DNA of 64,000 bases, from the UHGV virus genome UHGV-0214148, one strand, 5' to 3'. The notes beneath the pieces were generated by a model. The model did no database searches. It saw nothing but the letters and a program-made list of their open reading frames with translations, and was not told the DNA's origin. Shown one piece after another: positions 20,399 to 28,251 of this stretch. Both the position numbers and the translations under genes were made by a program. Position 1 is the first letter of the stretch. Each line of letters opens with the position of its first letter. This DNA comes from a virus.

Positions 20399-21704
20399 AT
20401 TCCCTAAGCAGTTAACGTATCAGATCGTAACCAACCTTTCGTGTAACCTGGACTGCGAATATTGTTACGAACGTAAGTACCCGCGTAACAACAAAGCGGC
20501 GGATATTGTTGATTTCTTACACGCCTGTTTTGAACGTGATAAAAACGAACCGAATGTTGAAGTTATTATCGACATTATCGGTGGTGAGCCGTTCATGCAG
20601 CCTAAACTGCTGCTGGCTGCGTTTGAAACCGCTGAGCAGTTGTGTAAAGAACACAACCGACCGTTTATGTTTAGTATCTCCACGAACGGAACGCTGTTAG
20701 ATCGTCCGTTGAACCGTGAGATTGTAGAACGTTGGAAAGACAAACTTTCGGTTGGGGTTTCGATTGACGGCTTACCTGAGTCCCATGACCGTTATCGTAT
20801 CTTCACAACAACACGCCAGGGTTCTTACGAAGCCGCAGTACGTGGCTATAACTACTTAAAAGAGGTTGGCATTGCAGAGCTCGGCGTAAAAGCAACCTTT
20901 ACGTTAGAAACGCTGCCGTTCTATGCTGCGGGGATGAAGTCATTAATTGACATTACTGGCGGTGGGACAATTTCTGGAAACGTAACTTTCGAAGACGTTA
21001 TGCCACGTAGCATGGCGACGTCAATCGCTTTACAGATGATGGATGTGATAGATTACTGGGTTGAGAAAGGATTACACACCAACCCACGTAATATCTTATC
21101 GCACATCATTCCAGAAGGGTTGGATTTCGATACGATTTGGGAACCGAACTGGCGTGACCAGTTACTGTATAATGACACCGTACGGTTGAACCCAGAACGT
21201 TTACGTCCGTTCTGTGGGACGTTAACGCACATGACGTGCTTAGGGTTTGACCGTAAGATCTTTGGCTGTAACCGCTTTATGTCAACGGTAACGTCGCGTT
21301 CTGCGGTGTTTGAGTTGGTAGGTCGGGAATTCGTCAGTCTGGACAACGGTAAATTGTTAGAAGAGATTCAAACGCAATATACCAACTACCCAGAGACCTG
21401 TTTAGGTTGTCCGATGAAACACGCTTGTGGTAGCTGCGCGGCTGCTTCTTACGAGAACGGGGAAGGAACGTTAGAAGACCGTAAAGCGTATCACGCTGAA
21501 CGACGTCAGTGCGGCTGGACGACAGCGAAACTGATGGTGGCGGAATACTGGAAACAGAAGATGGGTACGACGTCAGCAAAAGCGTTCCATGACACGAGCA
21601 TGTGTTATTGCCCACGCTGTGTTCGTGAACGTGCCCAAAAGGAAAAATTATTAAGAGAAGCCAAAGATGAAACCAATTCTGATCAACAATATTACGAAGC
21701 GTAG
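20382..21704 (+). CDS. radical SAM enzyme with SPASM-type C-terminal domain (440 aa)
   Basis: N-terminal CNLDCEYC and GGEPF motifs; C-terminal CLGCPMKHACGSC plus further Cys pairs; start overlaps the upstream gene by 17 nt. Confidence 0.8.
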   Translation: MSQVNEFPKQLTYQIVTNLSCNLDCEYCYERKYPRNNKAADIVDFLHACFERDKNEPNVEVIIDIIGGEPFMQPKLLLAAFETAEQLCKEHNRPFMFSISTNGTLLDRPLNREIVERWKDKLSVGVSIDGLPESHDRYRIFTTTRQGSYEAAVRGYNYLKEVGIAELGVKATFTLETLPFYAAGMKSLIDITGGGTISGNVTFEDVMPRSMATSIALQMMDVIDYWVEKGLHTNPRNILSHIIPEGLDFDTIWEPNWRDQLLYNDTVRLNPERLRPFCGTLTHMTCLGFDRKIFGCNRFMSTVTSRSAVFELVGREFVSLDNGKLLEEIQTQYTNYPETCLGCPMKHACGSCAAASYENGEGTLEDRKAYHAERRQCGWTTAKLMVAEYWKQKMGTTSAKAFHDTSMCYCPRCVRERAQKEKLLREAKDETNSDQQYYEA

Positions 21705-22239
21705 AATTCGACTTCTGGATAAGTTTCTGGAAAACAGTAAGCTATTCGGTTGTTATGTGGTGATTAACGGTGAAGATTTTACCGATGACGTAAAACGCTT
21801 ACTGATTCGTCACGGCGTGACTGTAATCATCCCAATGTACTGCACCGAACTTACTGACCTGTCGGTCGCGGAAATTGAAAAACGTAACCCAGGGTTTGAA
21901 GAACGGGTATTGGATTTCCCACGTCACAAAATTGCGTTTCTACGCCGCTCTTTAAGCGAACCCAGCGCAGAATCTATCACTGTGTTGGCATTGTCCTTCC
22001 CCGGCATTACTATCTTCGCAACACGTAACCCGAACTCACCGATTGATGGGTTTTACGATGAGCGGGAGAAATTTAATAGCGTGATTTTTCCTGAGCTAAC
22101 GCCAGAAGAATGCCAGGGTATCCGTATCGATTGGGAATCTGACTTCGACACAAGATTCCGTCATATCGATTTTGAACTGTTAATCGAATTAGGGTTGATT
22201 AAAGGAGACGATGAATGTCTGCTACTGGTGAAGGCTTAA
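21667..22239 (+). CDS. hypothetical protein (190 aa), translationally coupled to the radical-SAM genes
   Basis: ORF overlaps the upstream gene by 38 nt; no motif recognised. Confidence 0.5.
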   Translation: MKPILINNITKRRIRLLDKFLENSKLFGCYVVINGEDFTDDVKRLLIRHGVTVIIPMYCTELTDLSVAEIEKRNPGFEERVLDFPRHKIAFLRRSLSEPSAESITVLALSFPGITIFATRNPNSPIDGFYDEREKFNSVIFPELTPEECQGIRIDWESDFDTRFRHIDFELLIELGLIKGDDECLLLVKA

Positions 22240-22886
22240 CGAAAGAAGAAATCCGTCGCCGTTATTTTGCGCACGATTTACCGATCGACCGTCATGGTAA
22301 CTACATGGAGAAAATCGGTAGCGAAGATCACGGCCGTACAGGGTTTTGTGCGTTACTGCACTATAAGCTGATTGATGGGATGTCTGATCGCGAAGCATTG
22401 GAACAAATGCGTAACTACGACATGTCTGAAATCGAAGCACGGTTTACGCTACAGAAAGCGAAAGACTTTGTTAACGACACGTTGGGGATTGACCTGGAAG
22501 AAATTCGTGCAGGTTTACGTTCCACGGTGCGGTACATCTTTACCGATGTTCAGAAAATTCTAAGCGCTTTGGAATTCCGTTATCAGGATGCACGCTATGC
22601 TGAGATTCAGGTAGGTGATTTCACTTTCCAGGCAGATGAGAAGTCACAGGTAGCACTGAGTCGTTATATCCAGTCAGAAACTGCGCCAGCGTATTGGTTA
22701 ACGGCTAACAACACCCGTATCGAACCGTTTACGTTAGAACAGTGCAAGACGTTGCTGGCAGCAATCGTTGAGCGTGATCAAAGACTACACCACGCAATGT
22801 CTGAGCAGAAAAGAGAAGTCAGGGCTTGGGCTGAAGCACGTGATTACGATTCGATAAAAGCGTTTGCGTTAGAGCAAGGGCTGTAA
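22215..22886 (+). CDS. hypothetical protein (223 aa)
   Basis: AAAGGAG 7 nt upstream of ATG 22215; overlaps the previous gene by 25 nt; last gene before the bidirectional terminator. Confidence 0.55.
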   Translation: MSATGEGLTKEEIRRRYFAHDLPIDRHGNYMEKIGSEDHGRTGFCALLHYKLIDGMSDREALEQMRNYDMSEIEARFTLQKAKDFVNDTLGIDLEEIRAGLRSTVRYIFTDVQKILSALEFRYQDARYAEIQVGDFTFQADEKSQVALSRYIQSETAPAYWLTANNTRIEPFTLEQCKTLLAAIVERDQRLHHAMSEQKREVRAWAEARDYDSIKAFALEQGL

Positions 22887-22911
22887 TCGACAGCGAAAAA
22901 AAAAAACAGTA

Positions 22912-22951
22912 TACCTACCTCCCGTAATAGGAGGTAGGTATTTTTATTTTT
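22912..22951. terminator. bidirectional intrinsic terminator at the strand switch
   Basis: 11-bp stem TACCTACCTCC/GGAGGTAGGTA, A11 run upstream, T-rich run downstream. Confidence 0.7.
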
Positions 22952-22953
22952 TC

Positions 22954-23484
22954 TTAGGACGTAAAACCGTCCAGCTCACCGTTGGTGGTGGCCAGGTCAA
23001 TACGATTATCAACAACCTTCGGCGTAATTACGAAAGTTGCCATTACACCTGGCTTATAACGGAGGTTCTTTTCAGTAACGGTACACGTTACCGTACGCAG
23101 AGTGACGCTATCGTGTTCGTCTTTCTGGTCTTCGGTGGTGTACTCAACGTCACCAGGTGCGATAGAGTCGTCAGGTTTTACTTTATTGATGTAAAACTGT
23201 AATCGGTCGCGTAGTTCGTTTTCTCCAGTCCAGAGAGCCAAATCGTCCGTTACCTCAATGCGTCCGACAACGCCAGGTTCCAGACGATCGTAATGCAGTT
23301 CGATTGCGCCTTTAAAATTTTCAGACTCTGTACGTGCGGTCATGGTAACTTTGGTATTTTTATCGCCCTTTTCAAGAGCGACAGGTTGACCAAAAGTTAC
23401 CTCTTTATCAGTGACCTGATGCGGTAGCTCTGTGTTAGCAGCATTATAAAGCGCAACTAACATCATCTGGTTAGTAGCTGCCAT
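22954..23484 (-). CDS. hypothetical protein, paralogue family A (176 aa)
   Basis: Shares NFKG..E.HY.RL and TNGELDGFT blocks with 23552..24082. Confidence 0.6.
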   Translation of the reverse strand: MAATNQMMLVALYNAANTELPHQVTDKEVTFGQPVALEKGDKNTKVTMTARTESENFKGAIELHYDRLEPGVVGRIEVTDDLALWTGENELRDRLQFYINKVKPDDSIAPGDVEYTTEDQKDEHDSVTLRTVTCTVTEKNLRYKPGVMATFVITPKVVDNRIDLATTNGELDGFTS

Positions 23485-23535
23485 TATCTTAAATCCTTAA
23501 AATGAAAGTTAAAGAAATATCGGGGGAGGTTACCA

Positions 23536-23544
23536 CCCCCCCCC
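23536..23544. repeat. C9/G9 homopolymeric tract inside a GC hairpin
   Basis: Nine consecutive C on the plus strand in the intergenic region about 50 nt upstream of the 23484 start. Confidence 0.6.
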
Positions 23545-23551
23545 GAATCAA

Positions 23552-24082
23552 TTACTCTTTAGGCGCTGGTGCGGTGAAGCCATCCAGTTCACCTTCCAAA
23601 CCGTTCAGTGCTACTTTCTCAATAGCTGGAGGGGTAACTTTATACGTCGCAACAGTACCTGGCAGGAACTTCAAGTGGCCAGCCACAACCGTTACCACGT
23701 AAATGGTTTTGCCTTCTTCTTCACGAGAGATAGTTTGCAGGTCGTTTTCACCGAACTCGTCATCGGTGTACCCTTTCTCAGCCATGGCTGCGTTAACTTT
23801 CGCCAGGATTTTCGTCGGTGAATCGAAATCGGTAGTAGGTGCAGTTACTTCAACTTCACCAACGATGTCGCAGGAAAGACGAGTATAGTGGAATTCTTTC
23901 TCGCCTTTGAAGTTCTGGCTTTCTGCCTTGGCGGTCAGAGTAATTTTAGTGTTGCGGCCAGCTTCTCCGGTGAACTCAGCGACAGCACTAAAATTAACAT
24001 CATTTACAGTCAGCTTAGAAGCAGTTTGGTTGTTTTTAGCAATTACAATCTCGATAAGCTGCTGTTGAAAAGTTTTAGCCAT
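23552..24082 (-). CDS. hypothetical protein, paralogue family A (176 aa)
   Basis: Start moved to ATG 24082 (MAKTF...), which has a GAGGT SD and gives the same length as its paralogue; the track start is 24118. Confidence 0.55.
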   Translation of the reverse strand: MAKTFQQQLIEIVIAKNNQTASKLTVNDVNFSAVAEFTGEAGRNTKITLTAKAESQNFKGEKEFHYTRLSCDIVGEVEVTAPTTDFDSPTKILAKVNAAMAEKGYTDDEFGENDLQTISREEEGKTIYVVTVVAGHLKFLPGTVATYKVTPPAIEKVALNGLEGELDGFTAPAPKE

Positions 24083-24222
24083 TGTTTTTACCTCGTAAGT
24101 AGTATGGGTGGTTTGCATAGTATTGTTCGGATTATAGAAGTGTTGTTAATAGTTATGACAGACAGCAGTAAGGGTTGTCTGTAAAATTATTATTTTTTAA
24201 CTTTTTATAGAAGGGTGAAAAC

Positions 24223-24705
24223 ATGCTAAAACGTTTTCTATTTGTTGTAACTGCAGCACTTTCGTTGGCAAGCTGTGCCCTACAACCCACCGCTAACGGT
24301 CAATTCTCGACTGTACCCGTAGAGCCACACGACATGGTTATTTACACCTGTATGGGTGTAGAGCAAGATTTTGTAAATTATAAACCTGTCGTCAATTCGA
24401 CTAACCTAATGTTAGGCTCAGTAACTGTAATCGATACTGGTGCTAACTGGGTAGCCACCTGGCCAAATGGTAAGATTGAGTCACCCCAACTTTATAAAGA
24501 TCTATTAGGTAAAGTTAATGGAAATATCGATCCTATCACGGGACAACGTTACTACCGTGTAAATGGGTTACTTTCAAAAACACCAACATTTGCGTATTCT
24601 ACTTTAGAATATAAAACGGGTGATGGTAAAGGCATTACTTTCTTCCACTGTAAAGAAGGTGTAGCGTCTGACACTGGAACAATGCTCCATCCTGCGGAAC
24701 AATAA
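24223..24705 (+). CDS. lipoprotein (160 aa)
   Basis: Signal peptide ending in lipobox LASC; lone plus-strand gene with its own terminator among minus-strand genes. Confidence 0.65.
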   Translation: MLKRFLFVVTAALSLASCALQPTANGQFSTVPVEPHDMVIYTCMGVEQDFVNYKPVVNSTNLMLGSVTVIDTGANWVATWPNGKIESPQLYKDLLGKVNGNIDPITGQRYYRVNGLLSKTPTFAYSTLEYKTGDGKGITFFHCKEGVASDTGTMLHPAEQ

Positions 24706-24711
24706 AAACTA

Positions 24712-24735
24712 CCCTACTCCTTAACGGGAGTAGGG
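24712..24735 (+). terminator. intrinsic terminator
   Basis: 9-bp stem CCCTACTCC/GGAGTAGGG with a 6-nt loop. Confidence 0.6.
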
Positions 24736-24820
24736 TATAGTCATTTTAACCGCCAAATCGTGCGTAGAACGCATTCTAAGCGCCTTTATACAAAATAAGG
24801 TATAAACGCCTTAGAAATAA

Positions 24821-25336
24821 TTAAATCTCGACTAAGGCGCTCCAATCGATTGGTTTTTGCTTAACAACCTTCACAGTACCTCGATTTGGTGACCAGAAAG
24901 TAATGTTAGGCTGGTTACGAACGTCGATGTGTAACCAACTGATGTCACATTCAATAAAGTGAATGAACGGAAACTCGTCAGGGTTAGCAGCGATATAGTC
25001 GTGGACCTGTTTTACGGTGCTATCCAGCAACGTTGCATCAATGGCGTTACCGAATTTGTGTTGACTTCCTGAATCGGCGTAAAGCTGCAACGCACGTTGT
25101 TTATAACTACCGCCCTTAGGCTTTTCTTGATTAATAAAGAAGTCTAAGGTTCTTAGTCCGCGTTGTTGTGCAGCGGTTGAGTTAATGACCATTCTACCGA
25201 AACGATTACGAATCTGCTGTAGCGAAATCATTAACAACGGATTCATAAACCGAATTGCAGAATCGCCGTATTTGGCAATATAAGACTGTGGTACTAACTC
25301 TTTGAGTTTAAAGTTACTCGGATTTGGATGAAACAT
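24821..25336 (-). CDS. L-alanyl-D-glutamate peptidase-type endolysin (peptidase M15/LAS family)
   Basis: SQHKFGNAIDA (H-x6-D) and WLHID zinc-ligand motifs, as in T5-type endolysins. Confidence 0.6.
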   Translation of the reverse strand: MFHPNPSNFKLKELVPQSYIAKYGDSAIRFMNPLLMISLQQIRNRFGRMVINSTAAQQRGLRTLDFFINQEKPKGGSYKQRALQLYADSGSQHKFGNAIDATLLDSTVKQVHDYIAANPDEFPFIHFIECDISWLHIDVRNQPNITFWSPNRGTVKVVKQKPIDWSALVEI

Positions 25337-25988
25337 CTTCCCTCCCAGACAGAAAAGCCCGTTTGATGTTCAGGTATTTGACATTAACGGGACATTCTGT
25401 GGTGATATCAATACGTTCGTGGTCAGGGATTGCAGGTTCCTTAAACTCGCGAACGAATAAATAGTTTCGATTGTAATCTAACGTACGAAACGCGTTAGTG
25501 CTGTAGGATGGCTTTGCATTAGGATCTGCGTAGGCATCCCAGCCGAATTCAACAACGGCCTTATAAAATGTTTGGCAGATATAAGGCGAGATTTCCAACG
25601 ACTGCATAATACGCAGGAAAGTTAAGTCAGAGAACTCTTTATCGATGAAACGCGAAACGTTACCACCCGGTGTCATGGGATAGCTACGCTCCGTGTTGCA
25701 TTTTTGATAGAGTAAGTCGTGAATACAGGCCGCAGGTGCCCACGGTCCGTCAGGATGGAAAATTCCCTGGAGGTGTTCAGGAATTGACGCTAAATCAGTA
25801 ACGAACCCTTTCGGTGCTGTTAACCACAGTTGTGTGTCAGGCAATACACCCGTTAAATAAACCGCACGGTCTAAGTGTACGTGGTCGTGATATATCTCAC
25901 GTAACGTAAACGGATAATGGTAATCCTCCGTTAATACAAACCACTTATTGTCTAAACGTTTATATTGAAGCTTCTCCATTACCCACAC
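25314..25988 (-). CDS. DUF1353-like protein
   Basis: FVTDLASIP...HD..Y block resembles the DUF1353 signature (recalled from memory). Confidence 0.45.
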   Translation of the reverse strand: MWVMEKLQYKRLDNKWFVLTEDYHYPFTLREIYHDHVHLDRAVYLTGVLPDTQLWLTAPKGFVTDLASIPEHLQGIFHPDGPWAPAACIHDLLYQKCNTERSYPMTPGGNVSRFIDKEFSDLTFLRIMQSLEISPYICQTFYKAVVEFGWDAYADPNAKPSYSTNAFRTLDYNRNYLFVREFKEPAIPDHERIDITTECPVNVKYLNIKRAFLSGREDVSSKSE

Positions 25989-25994
25989 CTTCCC

Positions 25995-26099
25995 TTATAG
26001 AAACCAGAAAAATTCGTATCCACGCTTTTCGTCTTTACGTTTCCGCCCAGACGTTAACGCTTTCCACAATAGTGCTAAGAGTTTAGCAAACCAGTTCAT
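25995..26099 (-). CDS. possible 34-aa membrane peptide (MNWFAKLLALLWKALTSGRKRKDEKRGYEFFWFL)
   Basis: ATG overlaps the stop of the muramidase gene (ATGA); hydrophobic N-terminus then a basic tail; too short for the ORF track. Confidence 0.3.
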   Translation of the reverse strand: MNWFAKLLALLWKALTSGRKRKDEKRGYEFFWFL

Positions 26100-26686
26100 T
26101 TTACTAACCCCGCCTTCACTACATAATCCGGCATTTCCCTGAACACACGTGCATACCAACCGTAAGCGAATTTTTCATTCTTCTTACGCTTTTCGGAGAT
26201 TTCTGTGTAGTAAGTTACCTGGTGTGAGATTAACGCAAAGATTAAAATGCCTAATCCCTCGCCTTTACGGTAATTCAGATAAGCATTCAGAGCACCTAGC
26301 GTTTTAGGCCCCATACCGCCGTCGGTGTCAATATCTGCGTAAAGTTTCCCTTCGTTATTTAAAACGTTGAGAATACGTTGTAACGATTTCACACAATTAA
26401 CGCGGCCAGAGTTAATAGCAAAATCAAACATCCGGTCGGCGAGTATCGGCGAGATAGCGAAAATCTCATCGAGTTTAAGTTTCTTCCACCAACCACGATC
26501 GTAAATGTCAAACGCTTGCGCACGGGTCAGATCTTTCATTCTTCCTTTGTACCCGTATTCGCGTGCAGTTGTCAGTGTTACCCCGTGACAGGTTTCCCCA
26601 CCTTTATCGTCAGGGTCGTTCACGTACCCGCCTTCTAAATCTGTTTTCGAAGCAATAATACCTTCTTTAGTCCAACGTTCGGCCAT
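26096..26686 (-). CDS. GH108-family muramidase with C-terminal peptidoglycan-binding domain
   Basis: N-terminal EGGYVNDPDDKGGETCHGVT signature of GH108 lysozymes. Confidence 0.7.
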   Translation of the reverse strand: MAERWTKEGIIASKTDLEGGYVNDPDDKGGETCHGVTLTTAREYGYKGRMKDLTRAQAFDIYDRGWWKKLKLDEIFAISPILADRMFDFAINSGRVNCVKSLQRILNVLNNEGKLYADIDTDGGMGPKTLGALNAYLNYRKGEGLGILIFALISHQVTYYTEISEKRKKNEKFAYGWYARVFREMPDYVVKAGLVK

Positions 26687-26722
26687 TTTGTTTAACTCCT
26701 CTTTTACACAAAAAAAGAAAAG

Positions 26723-26743
26723 AGGGTGGGATTACCCCACCCT
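26723..26743 (-). terminator. intrinsic terminator
   Basis: Stem AGGGTGGG/CCCACCCT; U-run on the minus-strand transcript. Confidence 0.55.
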
Positions 26744-26757
26744 GTAGTTATTTCTTC

Positions 26758-27222
26758 TTAGCGAGATGGCTTGGCTGGCGCTGCGGCGACAGCCGGTTTA
26801 CGCGCAACGCGTACTGTAAAACCACCGACCCAGGTTAGGCACTCAGGACGGAAGAAAATACCGTGCTCGATTGCACTGCCGTCTAGCGGTAACGCACCAA
26901 CCTGCTCTACCCATACATCGTCTTCTGTAAGGGTTAAGCCATACTGCTCGTTAATTACAGGCAGCAAGTCCGCAGTCGTGGTTGCTGCCTCAACTAACAG
27001 TTTCGGCAATACGTTGAGGAAATACAAACCTGCATCAATGCGGTTATACTGGAACGTTTGCTTATTAACATAACCGAGATTCTTAACCGGCACAACCGTA
27101 ATTTCGGTGTTGTACGTACCGGTACTTACGACGGGCTCACCCAATGTGACTTTGGCGGTGTCGAGCTCGGCGTCTGGGTTAGCCTTTTTAATAAGGTCGA
27201 AGATAGTTTCTTGACTGGTCAT
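26758..27222 (-). CDS. hypothetical protein, distant A-type paralogue (154 aa)
   Basis: ORF length; N-terminal pattern resembles family A. Confidence 0.5.
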   Translation of the reverse strand: MTSQETIFDLIKKANPDAELDTAKVTLGEPVVSTGTYNTEITVVPVKNLGYVNKQTFQYNRIDAGLYFLNVLPKLLVEAATTTADLLPVINEQYGLTLTEDDVWVEQVGALPLDGSAIEHGIFFRPECLTWVGGFTVRVARKPAVAAAPAKPSR

Positions 27223-27235
27223 TACTGTAATCCTC

Positions 27236-28084
27236 TTAATCTAAGAATCCCGGTAAGACCGAATTAGTCTTGGCTAATTCAATCTTCGACTTCGGACGAT
27301 CGGTTCCGTTAAAGTGAATTAACAGTTTACCGGTCAGGTTAGAACACATACCGCTTAGGGCGAGTACCAGCACACGCGTGTACTTCGCATTTGCGCCTTC
27401 GAAACCTGCGGTAGGGCCATCGTAGATAACCTTAGCACCGAACAAGTTATTAGCAGCGTTCTTAGGTACGCTTACCCATTTCTCATCAACAACGTTAGTC
27501 AGTTTAGTAGCTAACTCTACTAAGTCTACGGTGCCGTTGATGGTAATTGGATCAAGGTAATCTTTTTCTGCGGTGAAGTCAATTGGGTAAGAATAAACCG
27601 CAGCGTTACCTTTCTTAGTGGACGGATACTCTACCAGGTTTTCTAATTGAGTAACAGGTAACAGTTTAGCCAGATCAATAGGGTCGCGTAGCGTGAGTGT
27701 CACCTCGCCACACCACTCGTAGGATTTCTCGTTAGCGGTAAGCTGATGGGTTTCACCTTCAACTTTCGCATCAACGATATCCGACGGTAGAATATTTAAA
27801 TCGTATTTTGCGTTGATTGCATTAAGCAAATCTGCAGCGGTTACAACACCGTCGTTACCGAATACCAACTCACCTGTTAGGTATTCGGGCAAATTACGAC
27901 GATGGTAAGTCACGGTTAAAGTAGTAGACTCATCGCCTTTGAGTTTAGAAGTCAGAACCACCTGGGTATCAACCCCAGTACCAGTAGGTTCGCCGATATC
28001 AACATCACTGAAAGTCAATGGCGGAACAATATTGTTTTCAGTGTTGATGAGTTTTAGCAGTTTCTGTTTTGACGTAAGAGACAT
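27236..28084 (-). CDS. hypothetical protein, distant A-type paralogue (282 aa)
   Basis: ORF length; N-terminal pattern resembles family A. Confidence 0.55.
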   Translation of the reverse strand: MSLTSKQKLLKLINTENNIVPPLTFSDVDIGEPTGTGVDTQVVLTSKLKGDESTTLTVTYHRRNLPEYLTGELVFGNDGVVTAADLLNAINAKYDLNILPSDIVDAKVEGETHQLTANEKSYEWCGEVTLTLRDPIDLAKLLPVTQLENLVEYPSTKKGNAAVYSYPIDFTAEKDYLDPITINGTVDLVELATKLTNVVDEKWVSVPKNAANNLFGAKVIYDGPTAGFEGANAKYTRVLVLALSGMCSNLTGKLLIHFNGTDRPKSKIELAKTNSVLPGFLD

Positions 28085-28216
28085 CGCGTTAACTCACAAT
28101 AAGTAAAAAGGTTTAAGAGGTCGTTTTACATCCCTCAGCCAGCATAGGAATAGTCGAGTAGAGGGTAAGCAAAGTAGTGTCAAAATAACAAAAAAAGAAA
28201 AGGGAAAGAAAATTAA

Positions 28217-28244
28217 TTCCGCTATAGACCGAAGCCTATAGCGG
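28217..28244 (-). terminator. intrinsic terminator
   Basis: 10-bp stem TCCGCTATAG/CTATAGCGGA with an A-rich flank (U-run on the minus transcript). Confidence 0.5.
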
Positions 28245-28251
28245 AGTGAGA

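Noticed and set aside
25314-25336. Short overlaps between adjacent co-directional genes (many sites) as frameshift candidates
   Set aside because: ATGA or short overlaps are normal translational coupling in phage operons; only the 94-nt overlap at 56912-57005 and the G-tract site were kept as findings.
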